This document shows positions 45,701-60,300 of a stretch of DNA of 64,000 nucleotides, piece by piece. The stretch lies in assembly GCA_964019425.1 (NCBI GenBank), contig OZ025797.1, positions 620,001 to 684,000 of the forward strand. Direction: 5' to 3'. The notes under the pieces were generated by a model. The model ran no database searches, was not told the origin of the DNA, and saw nothing but the letters and a program-made list of their open reading frames with translations. The stretch is from Flectonema sp. DT1601. Taxonomy: Eukaryota. Each line of letters begins with the position of its first letter. Position 1 is the stretch's first letter. A program made the position numbers and the translations under genes.

Positions 45701-48700
45701 TGTCCTGATCTTCTTCTAAAAAAAAGAAAGAAAAACAAAACTGTAGCTGGGATCACTCAGGATCAACAGACTACCAATGCTACCTGTTGTACTTGCTCAC
45801 TATGGGGGGTGATGCCAAACACCCAGAAGTACTTAACTGCTTTCCTTCTTGCTGCCCAGGAGTTTCTGACCAGAACTAATAGAAAATAAAAAGTAGATGG
45901 GAAACAATAAAAAGTAAAATGGATATAACTGAAGTTAAACAAGACAAATGAAGTAACAGACCAGAACAGAAAGAGAATTGTAATAGAAGATTACAAATAA
46001 AAAAATGCAAGTATCAACACATGATCAGGATACACCAGCAGCTAACAAACAACATAAAATTGAAGATCAGTTGCCAGAGTATTTCAACCATGGTAGAATA
46101 CTCGCCCCTCTGGCAGGGATTATCCCAGACTTGTCCTTTAATTTAGTTGGACACCATGGCTTACAACCCTTCCAGAGGGAAGCACCATTATGACTTCTAT
46201 TTTTTTTCTTCAAGAAAATCATAAGGTGGGAACAAAGAAAAATGCTAAGAGGAACCCCCTATTAACACCTAAGACATCTAAACTGCAGCCCAGCCTATGC
46301 CCAATGCACTAACAGGTCATTCCCTCACACTCAGATCAAAAAATCAAAGTTCAGAGTGCATCTTAGCGTGAATGAGAGAATTTCCTCCCGCTCATTTTGA
46401 ACAAAAGGGATAGGAGAAGGGATAGAAAACGAACATAAAAATAAAATTCTAAGTGAGAAACACTTAGCAGAAACACTTAGCAGCTTTTAAGGAGCTGAAA
46501 AGCAAAAAAAAAATCTAAGTGAGAAACACTTAGTAGAAACAATTTGTAGCTAATTAAGCTGAAAATAAAAAAATAAAAAATTTCTAAGTGAGAAATACTT
46601 AGCAACTTTTAGAACAAATATTTCAGTAAATAACCTGTAATGATTAAACCATTACAAGTTTGATGCCAAAACTGACAAGGACTGAGTTGAATTTCCAGGT
46701 GAGATTTGGACTGTTAGCTTTTGGCTAAGGCCCTCCCTGAAGAGCAAGAACAAAAAAACTACTCACACCTGAAGAAAACATACACAAAGAACACACTGTA
46801 AGCTGTGTGTGTATTTTGTGTTTGTCACAACAGGAGAGAAAAGAAAGAATGTCAAGGTTGGTCACCTTGCCTATCAACGCACAACATTGGTGGTCTCTAC
46901 TAGACCCTGAGTGATCCCACTGGATCTCTCATCGTTCATAGTACCCTGTGTGAAGTTATAAAATCAAAGGTAAACTATGAACTACAAATGACTTAGCCTG
47001 TTATTATAATGCCACAGGCAGGCCCTGCATTCAGCAACTATCCAGCAGTGCTTGGATGTCCTGATCTTCTTCTAAAAAAAAGAAAGAAAAACAAAACTGT
47101 AGCTGGGATCACTCAGGATCAACAGACTACCAATGCTACCTGTTGTACTTGCTCACTATGGGGGGTGATGCCAAACACCCAGAAGTACTTAACTGCTTTC
47201 CTTCTTGCTGCCCAGGAGTTTCTGACCAGAACTAATAGAAAATAAAAAGTAGATGGGAAACAATAAAAAGTAAAATGGATATAACTGAAGTTAAACAAGA
47301 CAAATGAAGTAACAGACCAGAACAGAAAGAGAATTGTAATAGAAGATTACAAATAAAAAAATGCAAGTATCAACACATGATCAGGATACACCAGCAGCTA
47401 ACAAACAACATAAAATTGAAGATCAGTTGCCAGAGTATTTCAACCATGGTAGAATACTCGCCCCTCTGGCAGGGATTATCCCAGACTTGTCCTTTAATTT
47501 AGTTGGACACCATGGCTTACAACCCTTCCAGAGGGAAGCACCATTATGACTTCTATTTTTTTTCTTCAAGAAAATCATAAGGTGGGAACAAAGAAAAATG
47601 CTAAGAGGAACCCCCTATTAACACCTAAGACATCTAAACTGCAGCCCAGCCTATGCCCAATGCACTAACAGGTCATTCCCTCACACTCAGATCAAAAAAT
47701 CAAAGTTCAGAGTGCATCTTAGCGTGAATGAGAGAATTTCCTCCCGCTCATTTTGAACAAAAGGGATAGGAGAAGGGATAGAAAACGAACATAAAAATAA
47801 AATTCTAAGTGAGAAACACTTAGCAGAAACACTTAGCAGCTTTTAAGGAGCTGAAAAGCAAAAAAAAAATCTAAGTGAGAAACACTTAGTAGAAACAATT
47901 TGTAGCTAATTAAGCTGAAAATAAAAAAATAAAAAATTTCTAAGTGAGAAATACTTAGCAACTTTTAGAACAAATATTTCAGTAAATAACCTGTAATGAT
48001 TAAACCATTACAAGTTTGATGCCAAAACTGACAAGGACTGAGTTGAATTTCCAGGTGAGATTTGGACTGTTAGCTTTTGGCTAAGGCCCTCCCTGAAGAG
48101 CAAGAACAAAAAAACTACTCACACCTGAAGAAAACATACACAAAGAACACACTGTAAGCTGTGTGTGTATTTTGTGTTTGTCACAACAGGAGAGAAAAGA
48201 AAGAATGTCAAGGTTGGTCACCTTGCCTATCAACGCACAACATTGGTGGTCTCTACTAGACCCTGAGTGATCCCACTGGATCTCTCATCGTTCATAGTAC
48301 CCTGTGTGAAGTTATAAAATCAAAGGTAAACTATGAACTACAAATGACTTAGCCTGTTATTATAATGCCACAGGCAGGCCCTGCATTCAGCAACTATCCA
48401 GCAGTGCTTGGATGTCCTGATCTTCTTCTAAAAAAAAGAAAGAAAAACAAAACTGTAGCTGGGATCACTCAGGATCAACAGACTACCAATGCTACCTGTT
48501 GTACTTGCTCACTATGGGGGGTGATGCCAAACACCCAGAAGTACTTAACTGCTTTCCTTCTTGCTGCCCAGGAGTTTCTGACCAGAACTAATAGAAAATA
48601 AAAAGTAGATGGGAAACAATAAAAAGTAAAATGGATATAACTGAAGTTAAACAAGACAAATGAAGTAACAGACCAGAACAGAAAGAGAATTGTAATAGAA

Positions 48701-51700
48701 GATTACAAATAAAAAAATGCAAGTATCAACACATGATCAGGATACACCAGCAGCTAACAAACAACATAAAATTGAAGATCAGTTGCCAGAGTATTTCAAC
48801 CATGGTAGAATACTCGCCCCTCTGGCAGGGATTATCCCAGACTTGTCCTTTAATTTAGTTGGACACCATGGCTTACAACCCTTCCAGAGGGAAGCACCAT
48901 TATGACTTCTATTTTTTTTCTTCAAGAAAATCATAAGGTGGGAACAAAGAAAAATGCTAAGAGGAACCCCCTATTAACACCTAAGACATCTAAACTGCAG
49001 CCCAGCCTATGCCCAATGCACTAACAGGTCATTCCCTCACACTCAGATCAAAAAATCAAAGTTCAGAGTGCATCTTAGCGTGAATGAGAGAATTTCCTCC
49101 CGCTCATTTTGAACAAAAGGGATAGGAGAAGGGATAGAAAACGAACATAAAAATAAAATTCTAAGTGAGAAACACTTAGCAGAAACACTTAGCAGCTTTT
49201 AAGGAGCTGAAAAGCAAAAAAAAAATCTAAGTGAGAAACACTTAGTAGAAACAATTTGTAGCTAATTAAGCTGAAAATAAAAAAATAAAAAATTTCTAAG
49301 TGAGAAATACTTAGCAACTTTTAGAACAAATATTTCAGTAAATAACCTGTAATGATTAAACCATTACAAGTTTGATGCCAAAACTGACAAGGACTGAGTT
49401 GAATTTCCAGGTGAGATTTGGACTGTTAGCTTTTGGCTAAGGCCCTCCCTGAAGAGCAAGAACAAAAAAACTACTCACACCTGAAGAAAACATACACAAA
49501 GAACACACTGTAAGCTGTGTGTGTATTTTGTGTTTGTCACAACAGGAGAGAAAAGAAAGAATGTCAAGGTTGGTCACCTTGCCTATCAACGCACAACATT
49601 GGTGGTCTCTACTAGACCCTGAGTGATCCCACTGGATCTCTCATCGTTCATAGTACCCTGTGTGAAGTTATAAAATCAAAGGTAAACTATGAACTACAAA
49701 TGACTTAGCCTGTTATTATAATGCCACAGGCAGGCCCTGCATTCAGCAACTATCCAGCAGTGCTTGGATGTCCTGATCTTCTTCTAAAAAAAAGAAAGAA
49801 AAACAAAACTGTAGCTGGGATCACTCAGGATCAACAGACTACCAATGCTACCTGTTGTACTTGCTCACTATGGGGGGTGATGCCAAACACCCAGAAGTAC
49901 TTAACTGCTTTCCTTCTTGCTGCCCAGGAGTTTCTGACCAGAACTAATAGAAAATAAAAAGTAGATGGGAAACAATAAAAAGTAAAATGGATATAACTGA
50001 AGTTAAACAAGACAAATGAAGTAACAGACCAGAACAGAAAGAGAATTGTAATAGAAGATTACAAATAAAAAAATGCAAGTATCAACACATGATCAGGATA
50101 CACCAGCAGCTAACAAACAACATAAAATTGAAGATCAGTTGCCAGAGTATTTCAACCATGGTAGAATACTCGCCCCTCTGGCAGGGATTATCCCAGACTT
50201 GTCCTTTAATTTAGTTGGACACCATGGCTTACAACCCTTCCAGAGGGAAGCACCATTATGACTTCTATTTTTTTTCTTCAAGAAAATCATAAGGTGGGAA
50301 CAAAGAAAAATGCTAAGAGGAACCCCCTATTAACACCTAAGACATCTAAACTGCAGCCCAGCCTATGCCCAATGCACTAACAGGTCATTCCCTCACACTC
50401 AGATCAAAAAATCAAAGTTCAGAGTGCATCTTAGCGTGAATGAGAGAATTTCCTCCCGCTCATTTTGAACAAAAGGGATAGGAGAAGGGATAGAAAACGA
50501 ACATAAAAATAAAATTCTAAGTGAGAAACACTTAGCAGAAACACTTAGCAGCTTTTAAGGAGCTGAAAAGCAAAAAAAAAATCTAAGTGAGAAACACTTA
50601 GTAGAAACAATTTGTAGCTAATTAAGCTGAAAATAAAAAAATAAAAAATTTCTAAGTGAGAAATACTTAGCAACTTTTAGAACAAATATTTCAGTAAATA
50701 ACCTGTAATGATTAAACCATTACAAGTTTGATGCCAAAACTGACAAGGACTGAGTTGAATTTCCAGGTGAGATTTGGACTGTTAGCTTTTGGCTAAGGCC
50801 CTCCCTGAAGAGCAAGAACAAAAAAACTACTCACACCTGAAGAAAACATACACAAAGAACACACTGTAAGCTGTGTGTGTATTTTGTGTTTGTCACAACA
50901 GGAGAGAAAAGAAAGAATGTCAAGGTTGGTCACCTTGCCTATCAACGCACAACATTGGTGGTCTCTACTAGACCCTGAGTGATCCCACTGGATCTCTCAT
51001 CGTTCATAGTACCCTGTGTGAAGTTATAAAATCAAAGGTAAACTATGAACTACAAATGACTTAGCCTGTTATTATAATGCCACAGGCAGGCCCTGCATTC
51101 AGCAACTATCCAGCAGTGCTTGGATGTCCTGATCTTCTTCTAAAAAAAAGAAAGAAAAACAAAACTGTAGCTGGGATCACTCAGGATCAACAGACTACCA
51201 ATGCTACCTGTTGTACTTGCTCACTATGGGGGGTGATGCCAAACACCCAGAAGTACTTAACTGCTTTCCTTCTTGCTGCCCAGGAGTTTCTGACCAGAAC
51301 TAATAGAAAATAAAAAGTAGATGGGAAACAATAAAAAGTAAAATGGATATAACTGAAGTTAAACAAGACAAATGAAGTAACAGACCAGAACAGAAAGAGA
51401 ATTGTAATAGAAGATTACAAATAAAAAAATGCAAGTATCAACACATGATCAGGATACACCAGCAGCTAACAAACAACATAAAATTGAAGATCAGTTGCCA
51501 GAGTATTTCAACCATGGTAGAATACTCGCCCCTCTGGCAGGGATTATCCCAGACTTGTCCTTTAATTTAGTTGGACACCATGGCTTACAACCCTTCCAGA
51601 GGGAAGCACCATTATGACTTCTATTTTTTTTCTTCAAGAAAATCATAAGGTGGGAACAAAGAAAAATGCTAAGAGGAACCCCCTATTAACACCTAAGACA

Positions 51701-54031
51701 TCTAAACTGCAGCCCAGCCTATGCCCAATGCACTAACAGGTCATTCCCTCACACTCAGATCAAAAAATCAAAGTTCAGAGTGCATCTTAGCGTGAATGAG
51801 AGAATTTCCTCCCGCTCATTTTGAACAAAAGGGATAGGAGAAGGGATAGAAAACGAACATAAAAATAAAATTCTAAGTGAGAAACACTTAGCAGAAACAC
51901 TTAGCAGCTTTTAAGGAGCTGAAAAGCAAAAAAAAAATCTAAGTGAGAAACACTTAGTAGAAACAATTTGTAGCTAATTAAGCTGAAAATAAAAAAATAA
52001 AAAATTTCTAAGTGAGAAATACTTAGCAACTTTTAGAACAAATATTTCAGTAAATAACCTGTAATGATTAAACCATTACAAGTTTGATGCCAAAACTGAC
52101 AAGGACTGAGTTGAATTTCCAGGTGAGATTTGGACTGTTAGCTTTTGGCTAAGGCCCTCCCTGAAGAGCAAGAACAAAAAAACTACTCACACCTGAAGAA
52201 AACATACACAAAGAACACACTGTAAGCTGTGTGTGTATTTTGTGTTTGTCACAACAGGAGAGAAAAGAAAGAATGTCAAGGTTGGTCACCTTGCCTATCA
52301 ACGCACAACATTGGTGGTCTCTACTAGACCCTGAGTGATCCCACTGGATCTCTCATCGTTCATAGTACCCTGTGTGAAGTTATAAAATCAAAGGTAAACT
52401 ATGAACTACAAATGACTTAGCCTGTTATTATAATGCCACAGGCAGGCCCTGCATTCAGCAACTATCCAGCAGTGCTTGGATGTCCTGATCTTCTTCTAAA
52501 AAAAAGAAAGAAAAACAAAACTGTAGCTGGGATCACTCAGGATCAACAGACTACCAATGCTACCTGTTGTACTTGCTCACTATGGGGGGTGATGCCAAAC
52601 ACCCAGAAGTACTTAACTGCTTTCCTTCTTGCTGCCCAGGAGTTTCTGACCAGAACTAATAGAAAATAAAAAGTAGATGGGAAACAATAAAAAGTAAAAT
52701 GGATATAACTGAAGTTAAACAAGACAAATGAAGTAACAGACCAGAACAGAAAGAGAATTGTAATAGAAGATTACAAATAAAAAAATGCAAGTATCAACAC
52801 ATGATCAGGATACACCAGCAGCTAACAAACAACATAAAATTGAAGATCAGTTGCCAGAGTATTTCAACCATGGTAGAATACTCGCCCCTCTGGCAGGGAT
52901 TATCCCAGACTTGTCCTTTAATTTAGTTGGACACCATGGCTTACAACCCTTCCAGAGGGAAGCACCATTATGACTTCTATTTTTTTTCTTCAAGAAAATC
53001 ATAAGGTGGGAACAAAGAAAAATGCTAAGAGGAACCCCCTATTAACACCTAAGACATCTAAACTGCAGCCCAGCCTATGCCCAATGCACTAACAGGTCAT
53101 TCCCTCACACTCAGATCAAAAAATCAAAGTTCAGAGTGCATCTTAGCGTGAATGAGAGAATTTCCTCCCGCTCATTTTGAACAAAAGGGATAGGAGAAGG
53201 GATAGAAAACGAACATAAAAATAAAATTCTAAGTGAGAAACACTTAGCAGAAACACTTAGCAGCTTTTAAGGAGCTGAAAAGCAAAAAAAAAATCTAAGT
53301 GAGAAACACTTAGTAGAAACAATTTGTAGCTAATTAAGCTGAAAATAAAAAAATAAAAAATTTCTAAGTGAGAAATACTTAGCAACTTTTAGAACAAATA
53401 TTTCAGTAAATAACCTGTAATGATTAAACCATTACAAGTTTGATGCCAAAACTGACAAGGACTGAGTTGAATTTCCAGGTGAGATTTGGACTGTTAGCTT
53501 TTGGCTAAGGCCCTCCCTGAAGAGCAAGAACAAAAAAACTACTCACACCTGAAGAAAACATACACAAAGAACACACTGTAAGCTGTGTGTGTATTTTGTG
53601 TTTGTCACAACAGGAGAGAAAAGAAAGAATGTCAAGGTTGGTCACCTTGCCTATCAACGCACAACATTGGTGGTCTCTACTAGACCCTGAGTGATCCCAC
53701 TGGATCTCTCATCGTTCATAGTACCCTGTGTGAAGTTATAAAATCAAAGGTAAACTATGAACTACAAATGACTTAGCCTGTTATTATAATGCCACAGGCA
53801 GGCCCTGCATTCAGCAACTATCCAGCAGTGCTTGGATGTCCTGATCTTCTTCTAAAAAAAAGAAAGAAAAACAAAACTGTAGCTGGGATCACTCAGGATC
53901 AACAGACTACCAATGCTACCTGTTGTACTTGCTCACTATGGGGGGTGATGCCAAACACCCAGAAGTACTTAACTGCTTTCCTTCTTGCTGCCCAGGAGTT
54001 TCTGACCAGAACTAATAGAAAATAAAAAGTA

Positions 54032-54333
54032 CTGCAACTGGAAATATTACTGCGCTGAATAATTACTGCGGGGAAATATTACTGCGCGGAAAAATTAGTG
54101 CGGTTTTTTTGAGAAAAGATTAGTGCGGTTTTTTCCACTTGGTGGTAGAAAAAAATTTGGTTGCTTTTTTGCTGTGTAAGGCACCAGCAGAAAAATGCAT
54201 CTGGAGAAAAAATCACTTCTGAGCAGAAATATTAGTGCGGTGGAAATATTACTGCGTGGAAAAATTAGTGCGGTTTTTTGCAGATTTGGAAATTAGTGCG
54301 GTTTTTTCCGCGCAGTAATATTTCCAGTTGCAG
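54032..54333 (+). mobile_element. 302-bp MITE with 24-bp perfect TIRs and a TA target-site duplication (Tc1/mariner-type)
   Basis: The empty site AAAAAG-TA-GATGGG occurs in the other units. Here: TA|CTGCAACTGGAAATATTACTGCGC...GCGCAGTAATATTTCCAGTTGCAG|TA, with internal ATTAGTGCGG repeats. Confidence 0.95.
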
Positions 54334-57300
54334 TAGATGGGAAACAATAAAAAGTAAAATGGATATAACTGAAGTTAAACAAGACAAATGAAGTAACAGA
54401 CCAGAACAGAAAGAGAATTGTAATAGAAGATTACAAATAAAAAAATGCAAGTATCAACACATGATCAGGATACACCAGCAGCTAACAAACAACATAAAAT
54501 TGAAGATCAGTTGCCAGAGTATTTCAACCATGGTAGAATACTCGCCCCTCTGGCAGGGATTATCCCAGACTTGTCCTTTAATTTAGTTGGACACCATGGC
54601 TTACAACCCTTCCAGAGGGAAGCACCATTATGACTTCTATTTTTTTTCTTCAAGAAAATCATAAGGTGGGAACAAAGAAAAATGCTAAGAGGAACCCCCT
54701 ATTAACACCTAAGACATCTAAACTGCAGCCCAGCCTATGCCCAATGCACTAACAGGTCATTCCCTCACACTCAGATCAAAAAATCAAAGTTCAGAGTGCA
54801 TCTTAGCGTGAATGAGAGAATTTCCTCCCGCTCATTTTGAACAAAAGGGATAGGAGAAGGGATAGAAAACGAACATAAAAATAAAATTCTAAGTGAGAAA
54901 CACTTAGCAGAAACACTTAGCAGCTTTTAAGGAGCTGAAAAGCAAAAAAAAAATCTAAGTGAGAAACACTTAGTAGAAACAATTTGTAGCTAATTAAGCT
55001 GAAAATAAAAAAATAAAAAATTTCTAAGTGAGAAATACTTAGCAACTTTTAGAACAAATATTTCAGTAAATAACCTGTAATGATTAAACCATTACAAGTT
55101 TGATGCCAAAACTGACAAGGACTGAGTTGAATTTCCAGGTGAGATTTGGACTGTTAGCTTTTGGCTAAGGCCCTCCCTGAAGAGCAAGAACAAAAAAACT
55201 ACTCACACCTGAAGAAAACATACACAAAGAACACACTGTAAGCTGTGTGTGTATTTTGTGTTTGTCACAACAGGAGAGAAAAGAAAGAATGTCAAGGTTG
55301 GTCACCTTGCCTATCAACGCACAACATTGGTGGTCTCTACTAGACCCTGAGTGATCCCACTGGATCTCTCATCGTTCATAGTACCCTGTGTGAAGTTATA
55401 AAATCAAAGGTAAACTATGAACTACAAATGACTTAGCCTGTTATTATAATGCCACAGGCAGGCCCTGCATTCAGCAACTATCCAGCAGTGCTTGGATGTC
55501 CTGATCTTCTTCTAAAAAAAAGAAAGAAAAACAAAACTGTAGCTGGGATCACTCAGGATCAACAGACTACCAATGCTACCTGTTGTACTTGCTCACTATG
55601 GGGGGTGATGCCAAACACCCAGAAGTACTTAACTGCTTTCCTTCTTGCTGCCCAGGAGTTTCTGACCAGAACTAATAGAAAATAAAAAGTAGATGGGAAA
55701 CAATAAAAAGTAAAATGGATATAACTGAAGTTAAACAAGACAAATGAAGTAACAGACCAGAACAGAAAGAGAATTGTAATAGAAGATTACAAATAAAAAA
55801 ATGCAAGTATCAACACATGATCAGGATACACCAGCAGCTAACAAACAACATAAAATTGAAGATCAGTTGCCAGAGTATTTCAACCATGGTAGAATACTCG
55901 CCCCTCTGGCAGGGATTATCCCAGACTTGTCCTTTAATTTAGTTGGACACCATGGCTTACAACCCTTCCAGAGGGAAGCACCATTATGACTTCTATTTTT
56001 TTTCTTCAAGAAAATCATAAGGTGGGAACAAAGAAAAATGCTAAGAGGAACCCCCTATTAACACCTAAGACATCTAAACTGCAGCCCAGCCTATGCCCAA
56101 TGCACTAACAGGTCATTCCCTCACACTCAGATCAAAAAATCAAAGTTCAGAGTGCATCTTAGCGTGAATGAGAGAATTTCCTCCCGCTCATTTTGAACAA
56201 AAGGGATAGGAGAAGGGATAGAAAACGAACATAAAAATAAAATTCTAAGTGAGAAACACTTAGCAGAAACACTTAGCAGCTTTTAAGGAGCTGAAAAGCA
56301 AAAAAAAAATCTAAGTGAGAAACACTTAGTAGAAACAATTTGTAGCTAATTAAGCTGAAAATAAAAAAATAAAAAATTTCTAAGTGAGAAATACTTAGCA
56401 ACTTTTAGAACAAATATTTCAGTAAATAACCTGTAATGATTAAACCATTACAAGTTTGATGCCAAAACTGACAAGGACTGAGTTGAATTTCCAGGTGAGA
56501 TTTGGACTGTTAGCTTTTGGCTAAGGCCCTCCCTGAAGAGCAAGAACAAAAAAACTACTCACACCTGAAGAAAACATACACAAAGAACACACTGTAAGCT
56601 GTGTGTGTATTTTGTGTTTGTCACAACAGGAGAGAAAAGAAAGAATGTCAAGGTTGGTCACCTTGCCTATCAACGCACAACATTGGTGGTCTCTACTAGA
56701 CCCTGAGTGATCCCACTGGATCTCTCATCGTTCATAGTACCCTGTGTGAAGTTATAAAATCAAAGGTAAACTATGAACTACAAATGACTTAGCCTGTTAT
56801 TATAATGCCACAGGCAGGCCCTGCATTCAGCAACTATCCAGCAGTGCTTGGATGTCCTGATCTTCTTCTAAAAAAAAGAAAGAAAAACAAAACTGTAGCT
56901 GGGATCACTCAGGATCAACAGACTACCAATGCTACCTGTTGTACTTGCTCACTATGGGGGGTGATGCCAAACACCCAGAAGTACTTAACTGCTTTCCTTC
57001 TTGCTGCCCAGGAGTTTCTGACCAGAACTAATAGAAAATAAAAAGTAGATGGGAAACAATAAAAAGTAAAATGGATATAACTGAAGTTAAACAAGACAAA
57101 TGAAGTAACAGACCAGAACAGAAAGAGAATTGTAATAGAAGATTACAAATAAAAAAATGCAAGTATCAACACATGATCAGGATACACCAGCAGCTAACAA
57201 ACAACATAAAATTGAAGATCAGTTGCCAGAGTATTTCAACCATGGTAGAATACTCGCCCCTCTGGCAGGGATTATCCCAGACTTGTCCTTTAATTTAGTT

Positions 57301-60300
57301 GGACACCATGGCTTACAACCCTTCCAGAGGGAAGCACCATTATGACTTCTATTTTTTTTCTTCAAGAAAATCATAAGGTGGGAACAAAGAAAAATGCTAA
57401 GAGGAACCCCCTATTAACACCTAAGACATCTAAACTGCAGCCCAGCCTATGCCCAATGCACTAACAGGTCATTCCCTCACACTCAGATCAAAAAATCAAA
57501 GTTCAGAGTGCATCTTAGCGTGAATGAGAGAATTTCCTCCCGCTCATTTTGAACAAAAGGGATAGGAGAAGGGATAGAAAACGAACATAAAAATAAAATT
57601 CTAAGTGAGAAACACTTAGCAGAAACACTTAGCAGCTTTTAAGGAGCTGAAAAGCAAAAAAAAAATCTAAGTGAGAAACACTTAGTAGAAACAATTTGTA
57701 GCTAATTAAGCTGAAAATAAAAAAATAAAAAATTTCTAAGTGAGAAATACTTAGCAACTTTTAGAACAAATATTTCAGTAAATAACCTGTAATGATTAAA
57801 CCATTACAAGTTTGATGCCAAAACTGACAAGGACTGAGTTGAATTTCCAGGTGAGATTTGGACTGTTAGCTTTTGGCTAAGGCCCTCCCTGAAGAGCAAG
57901 AACAAAAAAACTACTCACACCTGAAGAAAACATACACAAAGAACACACTGTAAGCTGTGTGTGTATTTTGTGTTTGTCACAACAGGAGAGAAAAGAAAGA
58001 ATGTCAAGGTTGGTCACCTTGCCTATCAACGCACAACATTGGTGGTCTCTACTAGACCCTGAGTGATCCCACTGGATCTCTCATCGTTCATAGTACCCTG
58101 TGTGAAGTTATAAAATCAAAGGTAAACTATGAACTACAAATGACTTAGCCTGTTATTATAATGCCACAGGCAGGCCCTGCATTCAGCAACTATCCAGCAG
58201 TGCTTGGATGTCCTGATCTTCTTCTAAAAAAAAGAAAGAAAAACAAAACTGTAGCTGGGATCACTCAGGATCAACAGACTACCAATGCTACCTGTTGTAC
58301 TTGCTCACTATGGGGGGTGATGCCAAACACCCAGAAGTACTTAACTGCTTTCCTTCTTGCTGCCCAGGAGTTTCTGACCAGAACTAATAGAAAATAAAAA
58401 GTAGATGGGAAACAATAAAAAGTAAAATGGATATAACTGAAGTTAAACAAGACAAATGAAGTAACAGACCAGAACAGAAAGAGAATTGTAATAGAAGATT
58501 ACAAATAAAAAAATGCAAGTATCAACACATGATCAGGATACACCAGCAGCTAACAAACAACATAAAATTGAAGATCAGTTGCCAGAGTATTTCAACCATG
58601 GTAGAATACTCGCCCCTCTGGCAGGGATTATCCCAGACTTGTCCTTTAATTTAGTTGGACACCATGGCTTACAACCCTTCCAGAGGGAAGCACCATTATG
58701 ACTTCTATTTTTTTTCTTCAAGAAAATCATAAGGTGGGAACAAAGAAAAATGCTAAGAGGAACCCCCTATTAACACCTAAGACATCTAAACTGCAGCCCA
58801 GCCTATGCCCAATGCACTAACAGGTCATTCCCTCACACTCAGATCAAAAAATCAAAGTTCAGAGTGCATCTTAGCGTGAATGAGAGAATTTCCTCCCGCT
58901 CATTTTGAACAAAAGGGATAGGAGAAGGGATAGAAAACGAACATAAAAATAAAATTCTAAGTGAGAAACACTTAGCAGAAACACTTAGCAGCTTTTAAGG
59001 AGCTGAAAAGCAAAAAAAAAATCTAAGTGAGAAACACTTAGTAGAAACAATTTGTAGCTAATTAAGCTGAAAATAAAAAAATAAAAAATTTCTAAGTGAG
59101 AAATACTTAGCAACTTTTAGAACAAATATTTCAGTAAATAACCTGTAATGATTAAACCATTACAAGTTTGATGCCAAAACTGACAAGGACTGAGTTGAAT
59201 TTCCAGGTGAGATTTGGACTGTTAGCTTTTGGCTAAGGCCCTCCCTGAAGAGCAAGAACAAAAAAACTACTCACACCTGAAGAAAACATACACAAAGAAC
59301 ACACTGTAAGCTGTGTGTGTATTTTGTGTTTGTCACAACAGGAGAGAAAAGAAAGAATGTCAAGGTTGGTCACCTTGCCTATCAACGCACAACATTGGTG
59401 GTCTCTACTAGACCCTGAGTGATCCCACTGGATCTCTCATCGTTCATAGTACCCTGTGTGAAGTTATAAAATCAAAGGTAAACTATGAACTACAAATGAC
59501 TTAGCCTGTTATTATAATGCCACAGGCAGGCCCTGCATTCAGCAACTATCCAGCAGTGCTTGGATGTCCTGATCTTCTTCTAAAAAAAAGAAAGAAAAAC
59601 AAAACTGTAGCTGGGATCACTCAGGATCAACAGACTACCAATGCTACCTGTTGTACTTGCTCACTATGGGGGGTGATGCCAAACACCCAGAAGTACTTAA
59701 CTGCTTTCCTTCTTGCTGCCCAGGAGTTTCTGACCAGAACTAATAGAAAATAAAAAGTAGATGGGAAACAATAAAAAGTAAAATGGATATAACTGAAGTT
59801 AAACAAGACAAATGAAGTAACAGACCAGAACAGAAAGAGAATTGTAATAGAAGATTACAAATAAAAAAATGCAAGTATCAACACATGATCAGGATACACC
59901 AGCAGCTAACAAACAACATAAAATTGAAGATCAGTTGCCAGAGTATTTCAACCATGGTAGAATACTCGCCCCTCTGGCAGGGATTATCCCAGACTTGTCC
60001 TTTAATTTAGTTGGACACCATGGCTTACAACCCTTCCAGAGGGAAGCACCATTATGACTTCTATTTTTTTTCTTCAAGAAAATCATAAGGTGGGAACAAA
60101 GAAAAATGCTAAGAGGAACCCCCTATTAACACCTAAGACATCTAAACTGCAGCCCAGCCTATGCCCAATGCACTAACAGGTCATTCCCTCACACTCAGAT
60201 CAAAAAATCAAAGTTCAGAGTGCATCTTAGCGTGAATGAGAGAATTTCCTCCCGCTCATTTTGAACAAAAGGGATAGGAGAAGGGATAGAAAACGAACAT

